Source: a virus
Taxonomy: Duplodnaviria; Caudoviricetes
Length of the DNA stretch: 32,851 bases
Strand: one strand, 5' to 3'
Virus record (IMG/VR): IMGVR_UViG_3300005805_000271
Location: 1-32,851 of that record
Numbering within the stretch: position 1 is the first letter of the stretch; each line of letters opens with the position of its first letter. Below, piece after piece: positions 8,076-16,523 of the stretch. The notes beneath the pieces are model-generated. The model was not told the origin of the DNA. It made no database searches and saw nothing but the letters and a program-made list of their open reading frames with translations. A program made the translations under genes and the position numbers.

Positions 8076-8670
8076 AAATAGTTTGTATTTTTTCGATGTT
8101 TTCTTTATTGTTTATCAATCTTTGAACCCATTTATAGAAATCTTCAAATGATAAATTATTTTTTGCTATGTTGCATATTTTACAACAAGTTACAACATTT
8201 TATTTAATATATCCCATTTTATTATCTATTCTATCAATACCATTGTACAAAATATGATAATAAGATTTATTATGTATGCTTGATGGTTTTATCCCACAAT
8301 AATTACAATCCATAGATAAAAGCTGAATAAAATATTCTTTATCTAATTCAAATGTTAAATTTCTATACTCTGCATTATTTTTATATGATGCATAAATTGA
8401 ATTATATCCAGCATCTTGTTTTGCCACTTTATATCTTGAATTTCTTCCGTTTGTTATTGAAACTTCGCTATGAAAACAACCACAAGATTTTTTAAGATTA
8501 TTTGTTAATTGTGATGTAATAGCGTAGGTTAGATTTCCACATTCACATTTACATTTCCATTGTCTTTTTTTATACTTGCCATAAGTTTTGCTTTCAATTT
8601 TGTCAATTACTAAAAGCCTATTAAATTTATAGCCTATTAAATTATTTAATTTCCTTCCCATTTTGTTCAA
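7975..8670 (-). pseudogene. HNH-type homing endonuclease interrupted by an in-frame TAA at 8200-8202
   Basis: CKCECG...SCGC, CNYCG and NGIDRIDNKMGYIK*NVVTCCKICNIAK: the motif continues in frame past the stop to TGA at 7975-7977. Confidence 0.85.
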
Positions 8671-8845
8671 TTATATCCTGCACCTTTTGAAGATAGCAAA
8701 TTGCGTCAAGTAATTCTTCTTTCAAATGCTGAATCCACTCACTCAAAGATAGGTCGTTTCTATCCATAGTTGTTCCATACTTCTTAACACCGCGCTCTTC
8801 GCGCTCGATAAATTCTGCAAATACCTTGGCTAATAGTTTACTCAT
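8642..8845 (-). CDS. small all-alpha NTP-pyrophosphohydrolase-like protein
   Basis: R..RG.KKYGTTMDRNDL...W..HLKEELLDA..Y (EExxD metal-binding motif). Confidence 0.6.
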   Translation of the reverse strand: MSKLLAKVFAEFIEREERGVKKYGTTMDRNDLSLSEWIQHLKEELLDAICYLQKVQDIIEQNGKEIK

Positions 8846-9573
8846 TTGCTATGATATTTTCCGCATCCGTTGCATTGGTATTGTATCTGGCGTGTTCCTG
8901 CGGCGGTTATACGCGTTTTGCTAATATAAACATTCGTTGACCCACATTCAGGGCAACTACGCTTGTCGCCTGTTTCCTTTACTCCGTAATGCGTTTTAGG
9001 CGTATCGTGTATCCTTAATTCTTTGTGTACCTGTTCTAATAGCTTCACATCTTGTTTGCAATATTCAATCATTCGCGCCATCGACTTATCGCACTTATGT
9101 AACACAATATCTTTCCAAAGATTAAAGTCGGTCTTAATCTTCTTGCCTATACCTAAAAAAGAAGCAATATAATCCAGCCTGTTCGAGTTGAAACGAAACT
9201 GCCTACGCGATAGCTTTAATGTGTCTATCGTCGTGTATTTTGGGAATAACTCTATCCTATGAAACAAACAACGCGTACGTACCCACGGCAAGTCGAACTT
9301 ATCTCCGTTATGCCCGACGAGTTCATCGGCTTCGTTAGCGACCTTAATAAATTCTTGTAAAAGTTTTTTGTCGGATTGGTTCTTATCCCAACTTAAAGAA
9401 TATACTTGCTTTTCATCTTCCCATTTGTAACAAATACAAATGATGGCTCGTTCTTTAATGACACTATCGTAACTAAGATTTATCTTTTGTCCTACATTCC
9501 AAGACATTACGATATTTGCAGAAACCTCTATATCAAAGTATAGCCGTTTCCTTTTTGTTTTGCTTTCGGGCAT
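8842..9573 (-). CDS. RNase H-like (DnaQ/YprB-type) 3'-5' exonuclease with C-terminal Zn ribbon
   Basis: ExoI FDIE, ExoII GHNGDKFD, ExoIII YCKQDV; CPECG...CNGCG. Confidence 0.85.
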   Translation of the reverse strand: MPESKTKRKRLYFDIEVSANIVMSWNVGQKINLSYDSVIKERAIICICYKWEDEKQVYSLSWDKNQSDKKLLQEFIKVANEADELVGHNGDKFDLPWVRTRCLFHRIELFPKYTTIDTLKLSRRQFRFNSNRLDYIASFLGIGKKIKTDFNLWKDIVLHKCDKSMARMIEYCKQDVKLLEQVHKELRIHDTPKTHYGVKETGDKRSCPECGSTNVYISKTRITAAGTRQIQYQCNGCGKYHSK

Positions 9574-10024
9574 TATAGAGTAGCTTTGTTTTAAGTAGAA
9601 TTCTTTCCCTATTTTTCACATACCAATCGTGTTTATATTTAACCTTATCCCTTGTTCTTCCATCTATATAAGTTCCTATCTTGTGGGGTCTATTGCAAAC
9701 GTGCAAGCCAGTAGCAATAGAATGTTTTATATTTTCAGCGAATGTTATGTATTCTAAATTAGATGGTCTATTATTTAATTTATTTCCGTCTTTATGATTT
9801 ACACATAACCCTTTAGGCATATCTCCTAAATAAAACTTTGTTACAATCCTATGAATTTGATAACTTCTATTGTTCATTTTAACTCTTAAATATCCAGAAG
9901 GATTTAGAAATTGAGAAAGCTCTCTGCCTTTTGCGTGTTTTGAATTAGAGAATATCTTAACTTCTCCAGTTTCCTCATTGATTTGAATTGAGTAATACTT
10001 TGGAAATTCAAATGTTTTAATCAT
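9533..10024 (-). CDS. free-standing HNH homing endonuclease
   Basis: GYLRV...IHRIV...VNHKDGNKLNNRPSNLEYITFAENIKHS. Confidence 0.9.
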   Translation of the reverse strand: MIKTFEFPKYYSIQINEETGEVKIFSNSKHAKGRELSQFLNPSGYLRVKMNNRSYQIHRIVTKFYLGDMPKGLCVNHKDGNKLNNRPSNLEYITFAENIKHSIATGLHVCNRPHKIGTYIDGRTRDKVKYKHDWYVKNRERILLKTKLLYNARKQNKKETAIL

Positions 10025-10076
10025 ATCCCGTTTATTGTAAATAGAATATTTTGGGATTTTGCCTCAATGTCTAAAA

Positions 10077-10547
10077 CTATTTATTTAACTCGAAGTGTTG
10101 AAAATCATAGTTTTTTTCTACCCCATAATTTAAGAACCCGTTCGAATAAAAAATATCAATTAGTGGCTTATATTCTGGTTTAGAAAATTGTGCTTTATCT
10201 CTACCCCATCTTAATTGATTACGTGCAGGGTCAAGGTCTATCGCTATTCCCCACGCGTGCCTGCTCCATTTCGTTTTAGAGCCTCGCATTGTTCTTACAT
10301 TCACACAACCGCCAAAAAGGTCAATTCCTAATCGTTGCAGTTCGGGTAAGCCGTAATGCTTTAATAACTGATTAAATAGGTTCGTAAAGTTATCGGCAGC
10401 AAGTTCATGGCATTGCATCTTTTGAACGCTTGTCTTAGTATCCCAAGCTATGCGCATCGGGTAAGGCAAAGCAATGATGGTAAAGTTATCGGGATTGCCA
10501 GCCGTTCCGTACTTGCTAATTATTTGAGCATCGGTCAAGAGTGCCAC
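10077..10547 (-). CDS. endolysin, peptidase M15 family
   Basis: R.MRG...WSRHAWGIAIDLD...DFQHFE (SxHxxGxAxD plus distal H). Confidence 0.88.
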   Translation of the reverse strand: MALLTDAQIISKYGTAGNPDNFTIIALPYPMRIAWDTKTSVQKMQCHELAADNFTNLFNQLLKHYGLPELQRLGIDLFGGCVNVRTMRGSKTKWSRHAWGIAIDLDPARNQLRWGRDKAQFSKPEYKPLIDIFYSNGFLNYGVEKNYDFQHFELNK

Positions 10548-11002
10548 GCTATAAATTTTAGTAAAGGTTTATACAAAAGCCGAAGTACAATAAACACCAA
10601 AAGCAAAATAAGCCAATTTAAGCGGCTCTTTGCCTTATCCTTATATTCTTGCGTCTTTTCGATTTGAGCGGCTAATTTCGCCTCTAATAGCCTTATACGC
10701 GCATTATCTACCACGACCGACTGAATCGTATCGCGTATTCTAATGGTTTTTACTATCTTTTTTGTAAGTGGTAACCTAAGTGTGTCGGTGTGGTAAATAT
10801 CCCGAATAATATCTGCTCCCCTTTCAATTAAGGTGTCGTAGGTTATTAGCGTGTCGCTCTTTGTTTGAATGATGGTATCGTTTGCGCAATACCCCGAAGA
10901 AACAACAACCTCGGCAACGGCATCCAATTTTTGCTTATCGCGTAAAACCTGCTTTACAGGATTACAAGACAAAAACAATAAACTAAGCAGTAGTATCCGC
11001 AT
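10535..11002 (-). CDS. putative unimolecular spanin (lipoprotein with C-terminal TM), 155 aa
   Basis: Likely start at 11002: MRILLLSLLFLSC lipobox; DT-rich beta region; coiled coil; C-terminal WLILLLVFIVL; lies between holin-like genes and the endolysin. Confidence 0.7.
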   Translation of the reverse strand: MRILLLSLLFLSCNPVKQVLRDKQKLDAVAEVVVSSGYCANDTIIQTKSDTLITYDTLIERGADIIRDIYHTDTLRLPLTKKIVKTIRIRDTIQSVVVDNARIRLLEAKLAAQIEKTQEYKDKAKSRLNWLILLLVFIVLRLLYKPLLKFIAWHS

Positions 11003-11186
11003 CGCTGAAAAAGTTTGAGATAAACTTACCAACAACCGCAATAACCATAATAATCGTACCCGCCAAAGGGTGACCATTCAAAATAACAATAGACGCACCA
11101 AACGTACCTGAAGCAGCTAAACTATCGCCAAAGATTCTTATTCTTTTCGGCGTAGGCTTAAAATATTCTTTTAATCCTATTTTCAT
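10983..11186 (-). CDS. putative holin (2 TM)
   Basis: 67 aa, basic N-terminus, two hydrophobic segments, lysis cassette position. Confidence 0.6.
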   Translation of the reverse strand: MKIGLKEYFKPTPKRIRIFGDSLAASGTFGASIVILNGHPLAGTIIMVIAVVGKFISNFFSDADTTA

Positions 11187-11401
11187 TCTCTGTCTTGTTT
11201 GTTTTGTAACTGAATAGAAAGAGCGTTCAATTGGTTAGCAATGGTATCTAACTTTCTTGAAATTTGGTCGTCTTGCTTTTCAACTACGTTTACTCTAATC
11301 TCTAATTCTTTGAGTTTCAAAGAAACCTTAACATAAATGCCAATCAAGCCACCAATGATTACGATGGCTTGACCAGCAATAAAAATAACTACTTGTGTCA
11401 T
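11183..11401 (-). CDS. holin/antiholin-like protein (N-terminal TM plus coiled coil)
   Basis: 72 aa; hydrophobic first ~27 aa followed by a heptad pattern. Confidence 0.55.
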   Translation of the reverse strand: MTQVVIFIAGQAIVIIGGLIGIYVKVSLKLKELEIRVNVVEKQDDQISRKLDTIANQLNALSIQLQNKQDRE

Positions 11402-11808
11402 TTCGAATCTATCAAACTGAATAATGCAGGGTAATACTCATCCGTTTCTACGCTCTCAAGGTGTTCAAGTTTGAGGTCTGCACCCCACAACTCGCTTACG
11501 TTGATTTCTTTTTCAGCAGTAAGCAACTCCATATGCTCTTTGTTAAAGTCGGCAATTTTCTCTTTTGGTATTTCAATCATACCATCTTTTTCTTCGCCTA
11601 ACTTCTTAAAGAGTTCATTCTTAGCCTCTTCGTAAAGTTTCAGTTCTTCACTTACTACTTTGTTTAGACGCTGCAAGTAAACCTTTGTCTTCAAAGACAT
11701 TTTTTGTTTTAACATACCTTGAGAAAGAACCTCGGTGCTTTCCCCTTGTCTTGTTACTCCGTTTAGTTCGTAATAGAGGGCGATTACTTCGTGTAGTTTC
11801 AGATTCAT
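11398..11808 (-). CDS. hypothetical helical protein (tail-fibre-adjacent)
   Basis: 136 aa, preceded by the CTATTTA motif. Confidence 0.75.
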   Translation of the reverse strand: MNLKLHEVIALYYELNGVTRQGESTEVLSQGMLKQKMSLKTKVYLQRLNKVVSEELKLYEEAKNELFKKLGEEKDGMIEIPKEKIADFNKEHMELLTAEKEINVSELWGADLKLEHLESVETDEYYPALFSLIDSK

Positions 11809-11829
11809 AGGGTTTTTATTTTAAATAGA

Positions 11830-12168
11830 TTATTGTTGATTATTTTGCCAAGGCAAGCCAAGATTTACAATCGGTGGGTTTTTCTGGTTTTCGATTTGTG
11901 CGTCTATGTTTGCTTTTAACGAAGTTACATCTAAGCCAGCTTCCAACCAAGAAATAACTTGTTCTTCGGTCAAATCAGGGTAAGCGGTAAAATCCGTTCC
12001 CGATGGTGTTGCACAAGCATAAGAAGAATATACATCGGCAAAGTAAGTTTTGTCTCCAATGGTTTCACTTCCTTGGTATCTCCAATGGATTGTTTTAATA
12101 ACGTCGTGCAATTCGCCATCTTGAGGTGCGGTGTCTAATTGGGCGATAACCCATTTGTAATTTGTCAT
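11830..12168 (-). CDS. tail-fibre-associated protein (possible assembly chaperone)
   Basis: FTAYPDLTEEQVISWLE...IENQKNPP...LPW pattern; directly downstream of the fibre gene. Confidence 0.7.
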   Translation of the reverse strand: MTNYKWVIAQLDTAPQDGELHDVIKTIHWRYQGSETIGDKTYFADVYSSYACATPSGTDFTAYPDLTEEQVISWLEAGLDVTSLKANIDAQIENQKNPPIVNLGLPWQNNQQ

Positions 12169-12179
12169 TTTATTTGTTT

Positions 12180-15100
12180 TTAATTTGCGGTTACTAATCC
12201 TACATAATAGGCTACTCCATCGATTTCAACTTGCGCATATCCATAATGCGATACCGATGTTACTACTGCCGTTCCAAATTTCCAAGGTTTTTTAGTTCCC
12301 CCAGTAGGGTCTCCAGTTTTTATTGACCCAGTTATTACCGTATTACCAGACTTATCAACTAAGAACTGACTTGTTCCACCTACCTGTAAATCCATAAGGT
12401 TTGATGTAGCACCCGAAGCGGTGTTTGTGATGTTTAACTTGATAGCCGTAGGATTGCCTGTTGTATTCCAAGTTCCTGCAAGGTCTAATAAAGATTGAGC
12501 ATTTGAGCCTGTAAGGGAATAAGAACCAGAGGTAGATAAAGCAGCAGTATTGGCAGCAGGTTTTAATTGTACCTCTCCCCCACTTGTTATGCGCATACGT
12601 TCGGTAGGAGTAGAAGCGGCAGTAGCCGTACTAAAAATCATTGCTCCTCCATTATCAAATCCGCTTCTATTAACAGCTATTGAACCAATAATATATCCAC
12701 CTGTAATATCTGTGATATTACTGAAATTAATTACACCTACCTCTCCGTCAGCAGTACGAGTCCCTTGCAATCTAAATGTTGCACCTGCTGAGTTATTGTA
12801 TATGTGTAATTGACTTTGTGGCGATGTAGTACCTATACCTACATCACCTCCACTTGTTATTCTCATTCGCTCACTTCCACCAAATGGAGTAGTTGCACCT
12901 GTATTAAATATAATATCTCTATTTTCAACAGATAACTCTAATCCATTTCCTGAACCCTTATTAACTCCAATCCAAGCTTGGTCACCACCAGCACCACCAC
13001 TTTCTATTTGTATTGCAGTTCCTACACCGCTACTTGTTCCTAACTCGGTTTTTAAATGTAATAACTGACTTGGCGATGTAGTACCTATACCTACGTTGCC
13101 CCCACTTGTTATTCTCATTCGCTCGGAACCGCCTGCATAAAATGCAAAGTTATTGACTGCTAAAGCATAAAAATCGCTTCCAGTAGTTCCAATCTCTCCT
13201 TGGTTAGTTGTATTGTAGTACCAAGTCGCTTTAGCTGCATTTGATGCGTTATTAGATTGTATTGATAACTGACCTCTATCTGTGGTGTTACTTCCCAATA
13301 CATGCAAGAAAGTTGCTGGAGTTTGTGTATTTATCCCTACATTTCCCCCACTTGTTATTCTCATTCGCTCACTTCCACCTGCTTCTACAAAAAAGTTACT
13401 ACTAACATATCCAAATTGACTTACGCCTGTGCTTGTTGTAGCTTCAATTACTTGATACCCACTACCTGCGTATGTTCTTAATGAATTTGTTGAATTACCA
13501 TAATGTTGTATTCCATAACCTAAAGCAGTTATATCTAATAAATAACTTGGGTTAGTTGTACCTATACCAAGATTTCCCGAAGCATCCAAGGTCATAGCTT
13601 GTGTAAAGGTTATAGCGTTACCTGCTGTGCCTGAGGGGGCGATATACCATTGATGTGTTCCACTAAATTGACCATATAAAGAAGCACCTCCTGTTTGTTT
13701 ATAAATGCTATTAGTTCCATTATAGTACCTATTATTATCAACATAAGTACCAGAACCATCTGCACTTAAACCACCTCTTGCACCAAATTCAAAAGCAATT
13801 TGCCCACTTCCCCACGCACTTGGTGTTACTCCTAAACCTAAGTTGCCTGAAGTAGTTAAAACAAGTTTATTATCTGATATAGAAGTTCCTATTTTTAGAG
13901 CATAGGAAGCAGCACCATCAGGATTGATATACCAGTTAGAATTATTATCAGTAAATTGCAAAATTGCATTTCCACCACTTGTTCCCCCAGTAGCAATCTT
14001 TAATCTACTATTAGATGAAGCCGTATTACTTGTATTTTGAAACTCAAAAACATTACTTGCACCGCTATTTGAAAAAGCAACATTAATACCACTTGCGGTT
14101 TCTTGTACTATACTATTTCCTATTGCACTTGAACTTGTAAACTTAGGTATGTAGTTTGTAGTGCCACTTCCACCTATTTTATCAGCAAAGAAGTTCCAAT
14201 CAGTATAAGATAAATATCCATCAACAGAAGCAGTTGCTTTTGAAATAGAAAACACACCTGTTGTATTACTATAACTTAAAGGTGCTAAAGCACTCAAAGA
14301 AGTTAAAGATATACCACCCAAACCAGCTAATGTATAATTAGGGATATTTAAAGTATTCGAAATCAAGGTAGCTGCACCACTTGAGCCAGTTGTAGTTAAA
14401 CTTGTAATTCTATTTGTGTATGCGGTATCCCAATTTGTTTGAGAAGCGGTTGTAGGGATGCTATATCCACTTGAAAAAGTAACCGCTAACGTACCACTCG
14501 AAGTAATAGGACTACCGCTCACGCTCAATCCTGTCGGCACACTCATTGCAACTGAAGTTACTGTACCTGTGTTTGCATCGGTATCATTAACCCACGTTGT
14601 TCCGTTGTATTTTAATACTTGACCATTTGTCGGTGTTGTGATTGTAACGTCACTTAATTGTGTAAGTGAGTAATCGCCCTCTGTTGCTACGACTGCTCCA
14701 GTTCTTCCAAATACGGAAGTTACTGCATCGGTATTATCATCAGTCCAAGAAGCGGTAATTGTACCAGCATCTTGTTGTGTTAAAGTAAGTGTTTTTGTAG
14801 TTGTACCTGTTACCGCTGCACTTACAATCATATTATTATACGCGCTATCCCAATTGGATTGTGAAGCCGTAGTAGGAATTGAATATCCACTTTGCAAAGT
14901 AACTGCTAACGTTCCGCTTGTGGTGATAGGACTTCCACTAACACTTAATCCAGTAGGAACACTCATAGCAACCGAAGTGACAGTACCTACATATTGGTCG
15001 GTGTATTGTGGAATATTTAATGTATTTCCTACTAAAGTAGCCGCTCCCGAACTTCCTGTTGTGGTTAAGGTTAAAGCACCTTGCCCACCAATATCGCTCA

Positions 15101-15404
15101 ATACTTCGCTTCCTGTTCTGTAATTAACGACATTGCTTGCATTAAGCACCAAGAATTTATCAGGGTCGGTAGTTGCATTTGCAACGCTTGTAAGCGTGAG
15201 AATATTCGAAAACGTCTTAGCACCGCTGATTGTTTGTGCCGTTGTTAACGTTACATACCCATCGGAAATATCGGTTTCGATAATAGTAGCCAATGAGGTG
15301 ATAGTACATTTATAGGAATAACCCGAAGAAGGGTCGCCAACCAACATTAAATCGCTCAAACTCGGGGTTCGCGTGACTAATTCGTTTATCTTTTTATTTG
15401 CCAT
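12180..15404 (-). CDS. modular tail fibre / receptor-binding protein, 1074 aa
   Basis: G/S/T-rich; QTISGAKTF; VTSVFGRTGAV; repeated ERMRITSGGNVGIGTTSP junctions. Confidence 0.9.
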   Translation of the reverse strand: MANKKINELVTRTPSLSDLMLVGDPSSGYSYKCTITSLATIIETDISDGYVTLTTAQTISGAKTFSNILTLTSVANATTDPDKFLVLNASNVVNYRTGSEVLSDIGGQGALTLTTTGSSGAATLVGNTLNIPQYTDQYVGTVTSVAMSVPTGLSVSGSPITTSGTLAVTLQSGYSIPTTASQSNWDSAYNNMIVSAAVTGTTTKTLTLTQQDAGTITASWTDDNTDAVTSVFGRTGAVVATEGDYSLTQLSDVTITTPTNGQVLKYNGTTWVNDTDANTGTVTSVAMSVPTGLSVSGSPITSSGTLAVTFSSGYSIPTTASQTNWDTAYTNRITSLTTTGSSGAATLISNTLNIPNYTLAGLGGISLTSLSALAPLSYSNTTGVFSISKATASVDGYLSYTDWNFFADKIGGSGTTNYIPKFTSSSAIGNSIVQETASGINVAFSNSGASNVFEFQNTSNTASSNSRLKIATGGTSGGNAILQFTDNNSNWYINPDGAASYALKIGTSISDNKLVLTTSGNLGLGVTPSAWGSGQIAFEFGARGGLSADGSGTYVDNNRYYNGTNSIYKQTGGASLYGQFSGTHQWYIAPSGTAGNAITFTQAMTLDASGNLGIGTTNPSYLLDITALGYGIQHYGNSTNSLRTYAGSGYQVIEATTSTGVSQFGYVSSNFFVEAGGSERMRITSGGNVGINTQTPATFLHVLGSNTTDRGQLSIQSNNASNAAKATWYYNTTNQGEIGTTGSDFYALAVNNFAFYAGGSERMRITSGGNVGIGTTSPSQLLHLKTELGTSSGVGTAIQIESGGAGGDQAWIGVNKGSGNGLELSVENRDIIFNTGATTPFGGSERMRITSGGDVGIGTTSPQSQLHIYNNSAGATFRLQGTRTADGEVGVINFSNITDITGGYIIGSIAVNRSGFDNGGAMIFSTATAASTPTERMRITSGGEVQLKPAANTAALSTSGSYSLTGSNAQSLLDLAGTWNTTGNPTAIKLNITNTASGATSNLMDLQVGGTSQFLVDKSGNTVITGSIKTGDPTGGTKKPWKFGTAVVTSVSHYGYAQVEIDGVAYYVGLVTAN
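12577..13383 (-). repeat. four ERMRITSGG junction repeats separated by unrelated ~60-aa modules
   Basis: 23-mer CCACTTGTTATTCTCATTCGCTC identical at 12850, 13102 and 13348; degenerate copy at 12580; spacing 270/252/246 bp. Confidence 0.9.
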
Positions 15405-15426
15405 ACTTTTATTTTAAATAGCAGTT

Positions 15427-15873
15427 TTAACTTGGATATACATACGTTGTCGGTACAACACAACGATTTGCAGTATAAGGTAATTCTAAGGATATATCGG
15501 CTCTAACGCCAGCCAAAAGGTCGGGCGTATCTTCCGTAAAGAAGTTAATCGTAGCATTTAATCCTTCGTCGAACTCAAAATTATTGTATCGCAGTTGCGC
15601 AATAATATCTTGGCAGATTTCTAATTGGTCGCTCAATACCTCGGTCTCGTTAGTGTCTTCGGGTAGCTTTCTATCAAAAAAGTATAAAGAGAAATTGAGC
15701 GTTAAACTCTTTTCCAATAGCTGCGCACCTATTAAGTCAAAAAACAACGAAGGGTAGATATTCTCCGTGCCTCGCGAAAGATAATCACTTAGGTCTCCGA
15801 AGTACACACTTTTTATCTGCTCGTGTGCGTTCGCCACATTTGTTATCGTGGTTACTACTTGGTTTAAGGTCAT
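15427..15873 (-). CDS. putative tail terminator/completion protein
   Basis: 148 aa, acidic, YPSLF motif; position after the adaptor. Confidence 0.6.
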   Translation of the reverse strand: MTLNQVVTTITNVANAHEQIKSVYFGDLSDYLSRGTENIYPSLFFDLIGAQLLEKSLTLNFSLYFFDRKLPEDTNETEVLSDQLEICQDIIAQLRYNNFEFDEGLNATINFFTEDTPDLLAGVRADISLELPYTANRCVVPTTYVYPS

Positions 15874-15940
15874 TCTCTTGTTTTTGTAAGAAGATTTTTA
15901 GCTTCTTTTGATTTTTTAATGAATAGGTCTTATTCGCCAC
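15785..15940 (-). CDS. possible 51-aa basic ORF from GTG (MANKTYSLKNQKKLKIFLQKQ...)
   Basis: Hand-translated; fills the 56-bp gap and overlaps both neighbours. Confidence 0.35.
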   Translation of the reverse strand: MANKTYSLKNQKKLKIFLQKQENDLKPSSNHDNKCGERTRADKKCVLRRPK

Positions 15941-16520
15941 AGCAACGATTTATGTTACCTTGATATTTTTCTTCGAATGTCATCCCTTTGCAATTGTCAT
16001 CGTCGCCCAACCATATAGAAGTGGTATAGGCTTGACGCTCGGGTATGATTGTATCGTATGTACTTCCTGGGTTATTATATTCTGGAAATGTATTAAACCC
16101 GCTTCTATCCAAAAGATATTTTACTAATCTTTGTTTGTAAAACTCGGCTCTTGCCTTGTATCTATCAGCGACATCGATTAACTCGGCAGCACTTGGGTTC
16201 TCTTGCCCTTCGCCTGATTTTCTAATCAATCCTTTATTGTAGAACTGATAACTTAATCCCATGGGAAGTTCACTCATAACATAGTAAACCAGCGTAGGCG
16301 TGATATACACATCCAACAAGTTACTTTCCGTTGCCGTTAAGTTGTTATTGGCAATTCCATCTTGCAATCGATTATACAAAGCCGTTCCGAGTGCAGGTAA
16401 GATATACATATCCTGCGCAGTGAGAATCTCGGGGTTAACCAACTTCTCATCGGTGTTAAAATGCAAACCTGTTCTATCCTTTATGGTATCAACTGAAATA
16501 AATAATATATTCCTACTCAT
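15930..16520 (-). CDS. putative head-tail adaptor
   Basis: AQDMYI.P.LGTALY..L pattern; helical; directly after the portal. Confidence 0.65.
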   Translation of the reverse strand: MSRNILFISVDTIKDRTGLHFNTDEKLVNPEILTAQDMYILPALGTALYNRLQDGIANNNLTATESNLLDVYITPTLVYYVMSELPMGLSYQFYNKGLIRKSGEGQENPSAAELIDVADRYKARAEFYKQRLVKYLLDRSGFNTFPEYNNPGSTYDTIIPERQAYTTSIWLGDDDNCKGMTFEEKYQGNINRCCGE

Positions 16521-16523
16521 CGT

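Noticed and set aside
11003-11077. 25-aa N-terminal extension of the spanin ORF
   Set aside because: It lies inside the holin gene, and the lipoprotein signal begins at 11002.
12577-13383. CRISPR array, DGR or invertase shufflon
   Set aside because: Repeats are direct, in frame and ~250 bp apart; I saw no cas, reverse transcriptase, adenine-specific TR/VR pair or invertase.
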